From the IMG/VR virus record IMGVR_UViG_3300033571_024432, positions 1-64,000 of that record: a stretch of DNA of 64,000 bases. One strand, 5' to 3'. Below are positions 50,014 to 60,561 of this stretch, one piece after another. Under the pieces are notes generated by a model. That model was not told the DNA's origin and made no database searches. It saw nothing but the letters and a program-made list of their open reading frames with translations. Position 1 is the stretch's first letter, and every line of letters begins with the position of its first letter. The translations under genes and the position numbers were made by a program. The stretch comes from a virus.

Positions 50014-50973
50014 TGCAACGAGATTCATCTCGCAACTAACAAAGATCGAAGTGCAGTTTGTTGTTTATCATCATTAAACTTAGAAAAATTTGAAGAATGG
50101 AAAAATACAACAATCGTCGAAGATTGCATCACTTTTTTAGACAACGTACTTCAATATTTCATTGATAATGCTACAGATATAGGATTAAAAAAGGCTCGTT
50201 TTAGCGCAATTCAAGAAAGATCTTTAGGATTAGGTGCAATGGGTTTTCATGCTTATTTACAATCAAAAAATATACCATGGGAAAGTGCATTAGCTAAATC
50301 TCAAAATATGAAAATTTTCACATTAATTAAAGAAAGAGCATTTTCACAGACAAAAAAGCTTGCAAAAGAAAGAGGAGAGGCCCCTGATGCTATTGGTTAT
50401 GGCGTCAGAAATGCTCATCTTTTAGCTATAGCCCCTAATGCAAATAGTTCTATTATCGCAGGTACTTCTCCGTCAATAGAACCATATAAAAGTAATGCAT
50501 ATACACATCGTACTCGAGCAGGAGCTCATTTAGTTAAAAATCGTTATTTAGAAAATATACTAAATGAAAAATCTTTAAAAATTGAAGAAGAAAATAGACA
50601 AATTTGGTTAAATGAATTATGGACATCAATTATTACAAATGATGGATCAGTTCAGCATTTAGATTGTTTAAATGAATGGGAAAAAAATGTATTTAAAACA
50701 GCTTTTGAAATTGATCAAAGATGGTTAATTGATCATGCCGCTGATAGACAAGAATTTGTTTGTCAAGGACAAAGCGTAAATCTATTTTTTCCAGCAGGTA
50801 CAGATAAAGCAATTGTAAATGCTGTGCATTTAAGAGCATGGAAAAATAAATTAAAAGGTTTATATTATCTTCGTACAAATTCAGGTGCAAAAGCAGAAAA
50901 TGTCAGTGAAAAAGTCAGAAGTGATAAATTAAAAGACTTTAAAGATACTGATTGTTTAAGTTGTCAAGGATAA
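49912..50973 (+). CDS. nrdA: Split intein C-half plus class Ia RNR alpha subunit C-fragment
   Basis: HN|CNEI, CCLSSLN, RSLGLG.MG, AIAPNANSSII, CQGQSVN, KGLYYLR, terminal CLSCQG. Confidence 0.93.
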   Translation: MAIKIKKIENTQAVYDIKVENNQNFFANNMLIHNCNEIHLATNKDRSAVCCLSSLNLEKFEEWKNTTIVEDCITFLDNVLQYFIDNATDIGLKKARFSAIQERSLGLGAMGFHAYLQSKNIPWESALAKSQNMKIFTLIKERAFSQTKKLAKERGEAPDAIGYGVRNAHLLAIAPNANSSIIAGTSPSIEPYKSNAYTHRTRAGAHLVKNRYLENILNEKSLKIEEENRQIWLNELWTSIITNDGSVQHLDCLNEWEKNVFKTAFEIDQRWLIDHAADRQEFVCQGQSVNLFFPAGTDKAIVNAVHLRAWKNKLKGLYYLRTNSGAKAENVSEKVRSDKLKDFKDTDCLSCQG

Positions 50974-51005
50974 TATTATAATTTAAATTATTCAAAGGAT
51001 AATTT

Positions 51006-51650
51006 ATGTATCTTAATCTACCTTATACAAAAGTTTGGGTCAAACAAAGTTTTCTTCAAGGACCTGATAATTTTAAAACTGGACACGATCCTCATATGTT
51101 GGAGTCTTATTTAATTGGTGTGAGGGCAACACCTTATGAACCACCTTTATATGAGGTATATATACCAAAATATAACGCTTGTTATGACAAAGTTTTACAA
51201 AATGCAATTTTTGATAGAGATGAATCACCGCAAGAAGATATTTCCTTAACATATGTAGCGTGGTGGGATTGTATTTCAGATAATATTTTTTTATATCGCA
51301 AAAACCTCATGACAAATTGTCACGTGAGTATGCAGAATCGTCATAGTAAACATGTAGAAGGCCGATATTTATTTACTATAGATTTTAATAATCCTTATCA
51401 CCAGAGTGCTGTGCATATGGCTGAGAGTAAATTTTGGCAGGAACATAAATCAACGCATTATTTCTTTGATGAAAAAACAGGTGTATTATGTTGTGGCCCG
51501 AATAATAAGATGCGTTGGTTTCATAGTTCTTTAGGCACTAAAAATACTGAACGACCTCCTTTTCAGGTTTTTAATCCACCTGATCATTTTAGTCATGAAA
51601 TTAAAAAAAACATTGAATATTCAAATGAATTTGATTATCAAACAAAATAA
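51006..51650 (+). CDS. Hypothetical protein
   Basis: AAGGA RBS; WWDC and EHK.....G.....PNN..RW; lies between nrdA and nrdB. Confidence 0.7.
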   Translation: MYLNLPYTKVWVKQSFLQGPDNFKTGHDPHMLESYLIGVRATPYEPPLYEVYIPKYNACYDKVLQNAIFDRDESPQEDISLTYVAWWDCISDNIFLYRKNLMTNCHVSMQNRHSKHVEGRYLFTIDFNNPYHQSAVHMAESKFWQEHKSTHYFFDEKTGVLCCGPNNKMRWFHSSLGTKNTERPPFQVFNPPDHFSHEIKKNIEYSNEFDYQTK

Positions 51651-51764
51651 AAAATCAGATAAAAAGTTATGCTAACATTTAGTGTTAGATTATAATTGTA
51701 ATAATGTAATAGATCAAGTAAGATTTTATAATTAATAATATTAATAAAAAGTAAGAGAATAAAA

Positions 51765-52730
51765 ATGAGTTTAACAGAGAGTAATATTACATATAAGCCA
51801 TTTCAATATCCATGGGCAATGGAAATGGCTGAATCACATGAAAAGATTCATTGGGGAAGTTGGGAGGCAAAGTTACAGGAAGATGTTAATCAATGGAAAA
51901 GTGGTAAAATTTCACAATCTGAAAAAAATCATATTACACAAATTTTACGTCTTTTTACACAGTCTGATGTAGCAGTAGGCGGAAATTATTGTGATCTCTT
52001 TATACCTAAATTCAAGAATAACGAGATACGTTCTATGCTACTTTCTTTTGCAAACCGTGAAGGTACTCATCAACGTAGCTACGCCCTTCTAAATGATACG
52101 TTAGGTTTACCAGAAGAAGAGTATTCAGCTTTTTTATCATATCATCAATTAAAAGAAAAAATTGAATTTATGCAAAAAGCTGATGTTTCAACCAAAAAAG
52201 GCCTTGCATGTGCCTTGGCCCAATCAGCATGTAATGAAGGCATGTCACTTTTTAGCGCTTTTGTTATGTTATTAAATTATCAAAGATTTGGTAAGATGAA
52301 AGGTATGTGTGAGATTGTTGAATGGTCAATTAGAGACGAAACAATGCATGTGCAAGGTATGACGCAGCTATTTAGAGAATACGTAAAGGAAAATCCTAGA
52401 ATTGTAAATGATGAATTAAAGTCAGAAATTTATCGTATGTTTACAAATGCTGTTGATTTAGAAGATAAAGTGATTGATTTAGCTTATGATATGGGTGGGA
52501 CAGAAGGATTAACTTCTGATGAAGTGAAGGAATATATTAGGTATATTGCAGATAGAAGATTAATTCAATTAGGATTAAAACCTATTTTTAATATTAAAAC
52601 AAATCCATTATCTTGGTTGGACTGGATTATTAATGGAGATAGTTTTAAAAACTTTTTTGAGGGAGTTGTAACTGATTATAATGCTGATGGTATGTCTGGA
52701 AATACTTGGGGTTGGGATTTAATTAATTAA
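51765..52730 (+). CDS. nrdB: Class Ia RNR beta subunit
   Basis: FTQSD, EGTHQRSY (ExxH plus radical Tyr), EGMSLFSAF, RDETMH, NFFE. Confidence 0.95.
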   Translation: MSLTESNITYKPFQYPWAMEMAESHEKIHWGSWEAKLQEDVNQWKSGKISQSEKNHITQILRLFTQSDVAVGGNYCDLFIPKFKNNEIRSMLLSFANREGTHQRSYALLNDTLGLPEEEYSAFLSYHQLKEKIEFMQKADVSTKKGLACALAQSACNEGMSLFSAFVMLLNYQRFGKMKGMCEIVEWSIRDETMHVQGMTQLFREYVKENPRIVNDELKSEIYRMFTNAVDLEDKVIDLAYDMGGTEGLTSDEVKEYIRYIADRRLIQLGLKPIFNIKTNPLSWLDWIINGDSFKNFFEGVVTDYNADGMSGNTWGWDLIN

Positions 52731-52777
52731 TAAAATATAAAAAAAATAAATATATATAATAAAAAACAGGTATTTTT

Positions 52778-54418
52778 ATGATATTAAATGAAAAAAAATT
52801 AAATGAAATAATAAAAAAAGTTTTAAAGGAATCTAGATTTATTTTTGGTGATTATAAAGACGATCAAGGAAATTCTACAGATTTAAAAGCTGTTAATATA
52901 TCAAAAAAGTTGGGGAAACAATCAAACCCGCATGAAAGATGGACAAATCAGGATGAAAGAGAACAAATAATTGATGAAGTATATTCATTGGCAGGTCCAG
53001 ATGTATTTATTTCTTTTGTTGATCCATTTGAAAAAGGTGCAGATGGTTATTTAGCATCGCCTGCATTTAGTTTAAACCCGAATGCTACTTTTAATACACC
53101 TCATGGTATATATGCTTATCCTTTTGATAAAAACGATGCACAAAGATTTATAGAGACAGGTTCACCTACACCTTCTCCATTTGCTACAGGACGTAAATAT
53201 TTTCATTTAATGAGAATTGATTTAGCAAATCCAAATATAATTGTTTTTAATAAAGATGGAACATGTAATAGAAATATTAGTAATCAAGAATACGAGGCAA
53301 ATATCGACGAAATGATTAGAATGCATTATTTGTTTTTTAAAGATGAAATAATGAATTGTGTAATGAAATATGATCGTGAATATTGGCCACGTGGTGTTAA
53401 TAAGCAAACAGATAAAAATAAAAATGTTAAAATTGTTATTGATGAATATTATTTTAAAGATTCTAAAAAAGAAGAATTACAGAAATTTTTGAATAGTTTA
53501 AGATCTTCAACTAGAAGCATGTATATTGATAATAATTATTATAGACTTTATAAAGCAGCATACCATTTATCAAAAAATAAATATATGGGTGATTCATCAT
53601 CAGATGTAAATATTGATGCCAACTTAAATGTTAAATTTTCAAAAACAAGAGAGGTAAATTCTGAATTTTTTACATTGTTATTGAATAGGATTGGTATAAA
53701 GTGTGTTATCGATAAAGGAACAGGGGCAATACACCCAAATGAGCCAAGTCAAGTACATATTTTAACATTAGCAGATGATTCTTCTTATTATGAATATCTA
53801 GGTACATATCATAATAATTTAACAGCATCAGATGAATTGTTTTATTATTTCTTAAAAAATAATTTATCTGTTAATAAAAAATTTATTGCAATTGATAAAG
53901 ATAAAAAAATATTTGTTTGTGATATTACAAATGCTGAGGCAAAATTGGTAACATCAGTAGAACAATATATGGTTGAACACCCTGAGGATTTTGGACATCA
54001 TAAAATTAATAATGATGTTGATGTTGATGTTGATGTTGAAAATGAATATTCTAATGATCCTGATGTTATTCCATTAATAGATGAATGGGATGATGAAGAT
54101 TATGAAGATTATATTGAAACTTTCGGAATAAAGCCTACAAGAATGACAAAAAATCTAGAAAAAAAGTTCAAAAAAGAAAATTATCAAGAATTATATACAT
54201 TTTTTACTACAGAATTAGGATATCCACCAATTTTTATACCAGTCGATTGGAAAGAAATATCAAGCAAATTAAAAGTACCTTTATTGGTTTCTTTTGAGAA
54301 AAAAGTTAAAATATCTGCAATTTCAGGGTTAACATTTTTATTGAAAAAAATAGCTAAAAAATATTTTGGATATGAAAAAGTTTCGAACTCTTCTGATTCA
54401 AATGATGATGATTTTTAA
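52778..54418 (+). CDS. Leader-bearing protein with putative ART-like domain, paralog A
   Basis: FISF...SLNPNATFNTPHGIYAYP...GTGAIHPNEPSQ. Confidence 0.6.
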   Translation: MILNEKKLNEIIKKVLKESRFIFGDYKDDQGNSTDLKAVNISKKLGKQSNPHERWTNQDEREQIIDEVYSLAGPDVFISFVDPFEKGADGYLASPAFSLNPNATFNTPHGIYAYPFDKNDAQRFIETGSPTPSPFATGRKYFHLMRIDLANPNIIVFNKDGTCNRNISNQEYEANIDEMIRMHYLFFKDEIMNCVMKYDREYWPRGVNKQTDKNKNVKIVIDEYYFKDSKKEELQKFLNSLRSSTRSMYIDNNYYRLYKAAYHLSKNKYMGDSSSDVNIDANLNVKFSKTREVNSEFFTLLLNRIGIKCVIDKGTGAIHPNEPSQVHILTLADDSSYYEYLGTYHNNLTASDELFYYFLKNNLSVNKKFIAIDKDKKIFVCDITNAEAKLVTSVEQYMVEHPEDFGHHKINNDVDVDVDVENEYSNDPDVIPLIDEWDDEDYEDYIETFGIKPTRMTKNLEKKFKKENYQELYTFFTTELGYPPIFIPVDWKEISSKLKVPLLVSFEKKVKISAISGLTFLLKKIAKKYFGYEKVSNSSDSNDDDF

Positions 54419-54461
54419 TTTTATTTAATATATATATATTAAAAAAAGTATATATTAAATT

Positions 54462-56294
54462 ATGATATTAACTAGAAACAAATTAAATAAAATAATAAAA
54501 AATAATTTAAAAGAAACCAGATTTATTTTCGGTGATTATGAAGAAGAAGATGTTGATTCTAATGATAAAAATTTAAAAAAATCAACAGGATTATCAGCAA
54601 AAAATATGTCTAAAAATATAGGTTCAAAATTAAATTTCATGAAATTTAATTCTAATGAAGAATCTAAAGAATTTATAAAAAATATCGCAGGACCTGATAC
54701 TTTTATTTCTTTTATAGACCCTTATGAAAAAGAAGACGCTGATTCTGATGATTCTGAATCTGCGATGAAGGTTCCGTCATTTAGTTTAAATCCAAATGCT
54801 ACTTTTAATACACCTCATGGTATATATGCTTATCCTTTTGATACTAAACACTGTGAAAAATTTATTATAACAGGACAACCTACAAATGCTGAATTTGCTA
54901 TTGCAAGACCTTATTTTCATTTAATTAGAATTGATTTAAATCACCCAAATGTAATTAGTTTTAATGCAGATGGTAGTAGTAATAAAAGTATAAATAGAAA
55001 TAAATATTTAAAAGAACTTAATGAACTTATAAGAGTTCATTGTAAATATTATAATAAAGATGAAAATGAAAAAGAAAATATTTCAGAATCAATTAATGAA
55101 AGGCTTAAAGAATCAATACATTTTCAATTAAGAGATCTAGGGATGAGTAATGATGAAAAATTTGACAAATTAAAAGAAAAATTTTTAAATAATCATTATT
55201 ATAAATTATATAAAGCAGCTTTTTATTTATGCTTTGAAAATGTTTTAAGAAAGTCATATGGATCTGAAGAAAAAAATTCAGAACTATATGCATTATTATT
55301 AAATGTAATTGGTATGAAATGTATTGTTGATAATAATACAGGTACAATACACGAAAATGAACCAACGCAAATGCACATTTTGACATTTGGCGAAAATGAT
55401 TCTTTTTATGAATACGTAGGTACATTTAAAAATAATATAAAAGCAAATGAAAAAGAATTATCAGATTATATTTCAAATTTAAAGTATACAGATATTGTAA
55501 AATTTTATTCAAAATTAGACGGTAGCAAATGTTTTGATAAAAATCTAATTGATACTATTTTTAATTTATATAAAAATGATGATGATATAATGTCATTGTT
55601 TGTAAAATTAATTTATGAAAAATTAATGACATTTTGTTTCGATACAGAAGAAAGAATAGATATTATTAATAAAATAATATCACAAGACTTTGTTAATTGG
55701 TTAGAAACTTCTGTAGTAAGTGCTAGTGGTATGAAAAATATAAAAAAATGGTTAGGTATAAACGAAGAAAATATATCAAACAAGTATACTTCTTTAAAAG
55801 ACTGGATATCATTATTTAAAGAAAAAAGTAAAAGTCAAATTACATTTTTATTACACGAACATGTATTAAACAAATTTGATGGTCTAGAAATATTAATAGC
55901 AGCAAGAAATATAGATTTAAAAACATTTTGTTTATTATATGAAATAATAATGTATGAACATGAATTTAATAAAAAAATAACCGAACAAGATAATGCAACA
56001 AAAACTTTCCTGCTTAATACATTAAGTAATATTGATATAGATATATTTAAAAATATAATTAAAGCAACAGATATCGATTTATTTAAAGAACAAAATACTA
56101 TAGAAATGTTTATAAATAAAAACATTAATGATCTAAAAAGAATTGATATATTTTTTAATTATATTTCAAATTCTTTACCTCATATGGAAGATAAAATTAA
56201 GCAATATATAAAAAATAAAGTTAAAAATAAAAATGAATCATTAAAAAAATTAAAAGCGTTAATTAGATATGAATTAAAAAATATATTACATTAA
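54462..56294 (+). CDS. Leader-bearing protein with putative ART-like domain, paralog B
   Basis: FISF...SLNPNATFNTPHGIYAYP...NTGTIHENEPTQ; a near-identical 60-bp DNA block is shared with paralog A. Confidence 0.6.
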   Translation: MILTRNKLNKIIKNNLKETRFIFGDYEEEDVDSNDKNLKKSTGLSAKNMSKNIGSKLNFMKFNSNEESKEFIKNIAGPDTFISFIDPYEKEDADSDDSESAMKVPSFSLNPNATFNTPHGIYAYPFDTKHCEKFIITGQPTNAEFAIARPYFHLIRIDLNHPNVISFNADGSSNKSINRNKYLKELNELIRVHCKYYNKDENEKENISESINERLKESIHFQLRDLGMSNDEKFDKLKEKFLNNHYYKLYKAAFYLCFENVLRKSYGSEEKNSELYALLLNVIGMKCIVDNNTGTIHENEPTQMHILTFGENDSFYEYVGTFKNNIKANEKELSDYISNLKYTDIVKFYSKLDGSKCFDKNLIDTIFNLYKNDDDIMSLFVKLIYEKLMTFCFDTEERIDIINKIISQDFVNWLETSVVSASGMKNIKKWLGINEENISNKYTSLKDWISLFKEKSKSQITFLLHEHVLNKFDGLEILIAARNIDLKTFCLLYEIIMYEHEFNKKITEQDNATKTFLLNTLSNIDIDIFKNIIKATDIDLFKEQNTIEMFINKNINDLKRIDIFFNYISNSLPHMEDKIKQYIKNKVKNKNESLKKLKALIRYELKNILH

Positions 56295-57760
56295 TTATTC
56301 TTTGATTCATTAAATTTTTCTAAGTAATATTGATATATTTCGTTTGTAATATTTTCAGTTGATTCTTTTTCTAAATCAATATTTCTTTCATTAACTATTT
56401 TTTTAAAATTTTTTAATAAAGAAATAGAAGGTTTAGACTTTTTACTATTGTCTAGTTTTAAAAATTTCCTAAAATCATACATTTTATTATTTGAGTTTGA
56501 TATATTTTTTAAAAATGTTATATCATTATTAATTTTTACTATTTTTTTTCTATCATTCATTAGTGGTAATTTATTCTTTCTACAAAAACTTTCCAAGTTT
56601 TGTAGAAAATATATAAAAACATCAATAATTTGATCTGTAATTTCAGTAGGATCTGTTCCACCATGAGCTTTTTTTAATTTTTCAATAAATGATTGATAAT
56701 TATTAATAATATTATCAACTTCTGGAATATCGCCAGATTGATAATCAAAAACGTATAATTTTCTACTTTCAATCCAATTTGAATTTGGTACAATTAAATG
56801 TTTATTAAAATATGCATCTGCAATTGACCAAGCGATAAAAGATCCTATAAATTTTAATACAGGAATGAAAAGCACCTCATTTAATTTATTTGTTTTTTTA
56901 TAAGATTTGACATATGATTCGGTATATGGAATAAAACCCTTTACTTTATTTGGAAGCACTTCCTCGGCAACGTCAATAGGTTTAAAAGCATCTTTAACTT
57001 TATTTTTAATAAAAGATCCTATTTTTTTAGTTTGATTTTTAGCTACACCTGGTGATACTAGACTTGTTACGGCTGTAAATCCATCTCCTTCATCACCTTC
57101 AAAATAATCTATCCAATCTTCATCGCCTGTATAATAAGATTTTTGTTTAGAAATATATAAACTACTTCCTTCTTCATTAATAACATCAGAAATTGCATGA
57201 CGTATATATTCAGATTCTGAATTATCTAACATTATACATATTTTCTTTTTATTTCCATTTAATAATATTTTAAATTTAGATGTTAGAATTAATTCATTAT
57301 ATTCTTTTTGTTTATTATTATCAATTTTATCGCCATTTGATATAGATTTAAAAAATTTAGTATATTTTTGATAATTATCTATAGGTATTTGTTTCCATTC
57401 AGTAAAATATTTTTTTAAATTTTCATCATCTTGAGACAATTTTTCAAAACCAGATAACTTAGCAATACTTTTATTAATTTCTTTTTTAATATTTGTGTTA
57501 AAAAAAGGTAAATTATCTGTAAGAGATTTTTTTTGATTATATAATTTTTGTACAGAACTCATAATTTGATTATTTGTAATAATCTTATAACATTTTTCAT
57601 AAAATAAATTTAGTACGTCGTCTCCTATAGTTGAATCATCTTCTTGTCCTTCTTTCTCGTCATATGAATCTTCTAAATTATTTTGATTAAGCTCTTTTAA
57701 AATTTTTTCTATAATTATTTTTTTTATTTGACTTTCATTAATAATTTTTATATCACTCAT
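56291..57760 (-). CDS. Hypothetical protein with leader motif
   Basis: 489-aa ORF; MSDIKIINESQIKKIIIEKILKE; short hydrophobic segment LFIPVLKFIGSFIAWSIA. Confidence 0.75.
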   Translation of the reverse strand: MSDIKIINESQIKKIIIEKILKELNQNNLEDSYDEKEGQEDDSTIGDDVLNLFYEKCYKIITNNQIMSSVQKLYNQKKSLTDNLPFFNTNIKKEINKSIAKLSGFEKLSQDDENLKKYFTEWKQIPIDNYQKYTKFFKSISNGDKIDNNKQKEYNELILTSKFKILLNGNKKKICIMLDNSESEYIRHAISDVINEEGSSLYISKQKSYYTGDEDWIDYFEGDEGDGFTAVTSLVSPGVAKNQTKKIGSFIKNKVKDAFKPIDVAEEVLPNKVKGFIPYTESYVKSYKKTNKLNEVLFIPVLKFIGSFIAWSIADAYFNKHLIVPNSNWIESRKLYVFDYQSGDIPEVDNIINNYQSFIEKLKKAHGGTDPTEITDQIIDVFIYFLQNLESFCRKNKLPLMNDRKKIVKINNDITFLKNISNSNNKMYDFRKFLKLDNSKKSKPSISLLKNFKKIVNERNIDLEKESTENITNEIYQYYLEKFNESKNN

Positions 57761-57875
57761 AAAACTTATATCCTATTTTTATATAAAATAAATATATTAT
57801 ACTTTTTTTTATTTATAAATTAAAATTGATTAATTTTCATTCTTAATCATAACAATAATTTTATTGAATTTATTT

Positions 57876-59282
57876 TTATTTTGATTGATTTAACTGTATA
57901 GTCTTTGTGTTTGGTTTATTTGAATTTGTTTGAAGTTGATTATTAGATGTTTTTTTAGCAGCTCTGTCTTTGAACATTTTTTCTAATGAAATATTGGCAG
58001 CGTCTTCTAACTCTGTTATTTTGCTTAATGCATCACTTACATTAATATTTGATTTAAGTACTTTATTTAAACCTTTTTCTTTTGCTTCTTGTAGGGATTT
58101 GTCTGTCCATTCTTTATCACTGTCAGCAATGCAATATAGGTATCTAAATAATGTTCTTGATATGACAATATATTGTGATACTTTAAACATTTGATTGCCA
58201 TAAAAAGCAGCTAAATATTTTCCTAAATTATTAACATTTTTTAACTTATCTATAGTGGGTTGAAGTTTATCACTATTTTTATCGTTATTATACAAACCCA
58301 CAAGTATTTCGTTTTGCGGATTTGTTAAATAATCAGTAATTTTTGAAATTAAATCTTTATTTTCTGTAATTGGACCAAATTTTTTAATTCCTTTTTTAGC
58401 CAAAATTTGTTCAAATTTTTTAGTAGATTTAGAAGTGTCTTGTAAAGCATTCATTAATTGTGGATTTAACAAAATTTTTGCCAATTCAAAATAACCGCCA
58501 TTAAGTTGAGGGATTCTAAATAATACTGGCAATTCATTACTTTCAACTGTTACGTTATTTTGATTTTGATTTTGTGTTTGAGGATTATTATTAGCAATAT
58601 AATCTTTATTATTATTAACATATTCATCATCTAAATATTTGAATACAGCACTTACGTCAATTAATTTTTTGTAAAGGTCAGATTCAGTAAATATAATTAT
58701 TGCCTTAGCATCAAAAAAGTTTTTTTTCTCTGCACCGAATAACGTGACGGAATCATACTCAGTATAATAATTAACAAGATCAGAATCATATGTATATCCT
58801 TCAAATTGAGCAAATTTCTTTTGAAGTTCATCATATATATTATTATTTGACTTTTTAATCATTATTATTTTGTGCCTACCACCGTCAAAATGACTTGATT
58901 GAAGTTCGCTTGTTTTTAATATTAAAGTAGGATCAGCATCAAAAAGATTGCTTTTTGCATCTCCTTTAATTATATTATCACGATAAGATAAATTTTTGTT
59001 TGCAATATCATCATCCACTTTTAAGTAATTTTCAATTACTCCTGCAATTTCTTTATTCAAATAAACTGATTTGTCTGTATTACTTGAATTTAAGAATTCG
59101 TTTAATTGATTGTCTGTGCTATCTTGTTGTTGATCAGCGACTGAAGTCGCTGTGTCATCTTGCTCTTCCCCAACAACGTCATCAACTTCTTCCTCTTCTT
59201 TTAATAATTTTTTTTTATAATTTTCTATAAGCTTTGTTTTTATAATTTTTCTTATAACTGATTCGTTAATTCTTTTTAACAT
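57876..59282 (-). CDS. Hypothetical protein with leader motif
   Basis: 468-aa ORF; MLKRINESVIRKIIKTKLIE...LLKEE. Confidence 0.75.
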   Translation of the reverse strand: MLKRINESVIRKIIKTKLIENYKKKLLKEEEEVDDVVGEEQDDTATSVADQQQDSTDNQLNEFLNSSNTDKSVYLNKEIAGVIENYLKVDDDIANKNLSYRDNIIKGDAKSNLFDADPTLILKTSELQSSHFDGGRHKIIMIKKSNNNIYDELQKKFAQFEGYTYDSDLVNYYTEYDSVTLFGAEKKNFFDAKAIIIFTESDLYKKLIDVSAVFKYLDDEYVNNNKDYIANNNPQTQNQNQNNVTVESNELPVLFRIPQLNGGYFELAKILLNPQLMNALQDTSKSTKKFEQILAKKGIKKFGPITENKDLISKITDYLTNPQNEILVGLYNNDKNSDKLQPTIDKLKNVNNLGKYLAAFYGNQMFKVSQYIVISRTLFRYLYCIADSDKEWTDKSLQEAKEKGLNKVLKSNINVSDALSKITELEDAANISLEKMFKDRAAKKTSNNQLQTNSNKPNTKTIQLNQSK

Positions 59283-59386
59283 AAAAATCCTTTAAATTGT
59301 TTTAATAATAAATATATCTATGATTTAAATTTAGTTTATATAAAATAGATATATATTAATATTAAGAAGTATTTATGTGAGATGAT

Positions 59387-59836
59387 ATGATATATGTTAG
59401 AGTTGAAGATTTGTATTCTTTGATAAGAGAGAGTATATATGAAAATATGAATGTTGATCAGGAGTATTTGACTGAGACTGTATCTATGTGGTTGGATGAT
59501 GAGACTGATCATAAGATTGATGATACAGCTGAAAAGCATAATATGCCTCCTGGATCTTTAGCATCAATTTATCGAAAAGCATTGGCTAGATGGTTTAAAG
59601 TAAATAGATATGGAGATGGTAAAGATCAGCATTTACATGCGTTGAAAGATGTGCAAAATTTTATATATAATAAAGATGAGTTTAGATCAAAACATCCTGT
59701 TGAGTGGAATCGTGTGAAAAAGTTTAGGAAGAAGAAGATATCTGATGATTTTGCACACAATATTGAGATGCGAAAGAAGCGATTGCAGAGATTGAAGATG
59801 AAAAAAATGCGTCAGCGTATGTTAGATAATTCATAG
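59387..59836 (+). CDS. Hypothetical protein with leader motif (possibly DUF5824-like)
   Basis: LYSLIRESIYE; AEK.....SL..IYRK....W...H....VQNFI pattern, recognised from memory only. Confidence 0.5.
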   Translation: MIYVRVEDLYSLIRESIYENMNVDQEYLTETVSMWLDDETDHKIDDTAEKHNMPPGSLASIYRKALARWFKVNRYGDGKDQHLHALKDVQNFIYNKDEFRSKHPVEWNRVKKFRKKKISDDFAHNIEMRKKRLQRLKMKKMRQRMLDNS

Positions 59837-59916
59837 AAAATATAAAATAGTAAAAGTATATTTTATTTATTATAATAGTATTATAAGTTTTATTTTATAG
59901 ATTTATTAGAAAGAAA

Positions 59917-60561
59917 ATGAATATGAATTGTATTTATAATGTTTCTCCTAATTTAAAAGTTGTTGAATTGAGACAAGATCCGTTGATGATAAATATTACA
60001 ACGATTGATGAAGAAACAGCAGCTGAATTTAGAGATGCCATGTCCATGGCACATAATTCAGGACAAGAAGTTATTCCTATTATTATTGATAGTTATGGTG
60101 GTAATGTTCATAGTTTGTTATCTATGGTTGATTGTATTGTTGAATCTAAGCGAAAAGTTGCTACGATTGTAATAGGTAAAGCATTAGGTTGTGCTTCTAT
60201 TTTGGCTGCTATGGGAAACAAAGGTTTACGTTTTGTATCTCCTAATGCATCATTAATGTTAAATAATGTAAGTAAAGAAAGTTGGGGTAAAACTGGTGAT
60301 TTTAAACCTGATAGTAGAGAAGTTGAAAGATTATATAAACTTGTATGTAAAATGCTTGACAAAAATTGTGATAAAGAAGAAGGATATTTTGAATCACTTA
60401 TCAAAGATAAAGGTGGTTGTGATTGGTATTTTGAAGCTTCTGATGCTGTTGATTATAACTTGATTGATCATATTAAACTGCCATGGATGGAAGTAAATAT
60501 ACAACCTGAATATCAATTTGATAATATTAAATATAAGGAGAATGTCAATGAAATTGATTAG
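59917..60561 (+). CDS. ClpP-like protein lacking the catalytic Ser and His
   Basis: IIIDSYGG; GKALGCAS where ClpP has Ser; MLNN where ClpP has MxH. Confidence 0.8.
   Translation: MNMNCIYNVSPNLKVVELRQDPLMINITTIDEETAAEFRDAMSMAHNSGQEVIPIIIDSYGGNVHSLLSMVDCIVESKRKVATIVIGKALGCASILAAMGNKGLRFVSPNASLMLNNVSKESWGKTGDFKPDSREVERLYKLVCKMLDKNCDKEEGYFESLIKDKGGCDWYFEASDAVDYNLIDHIKLPWMEVNIQPEYQFDNIKYKENVNEID

Noticed and set aside
47973-50973. nrdA as a broken pseudogene
   Set aside because: Both pieces end or begin with complete complementary intein halves, and all catalytic motifs are intact.
54012-54040. gatgtt microsatellite as a phase-variable tract
   Set aside because: It is an in-frame DVDVDV low-complexity linker; a 6-bp unit cannot shift the frame.
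4008-60404. Short antisense or alternate-frame ORFs in the track (e.g. 4008, 10694, 15271, 15736, 16699, 22816, 28208, 31515, 33342, 42209, 44275, 47197, 55835, 60108)
   Set aside because: They lie fully within well-supported genes, lack an RBS and show shadow-frame composition.
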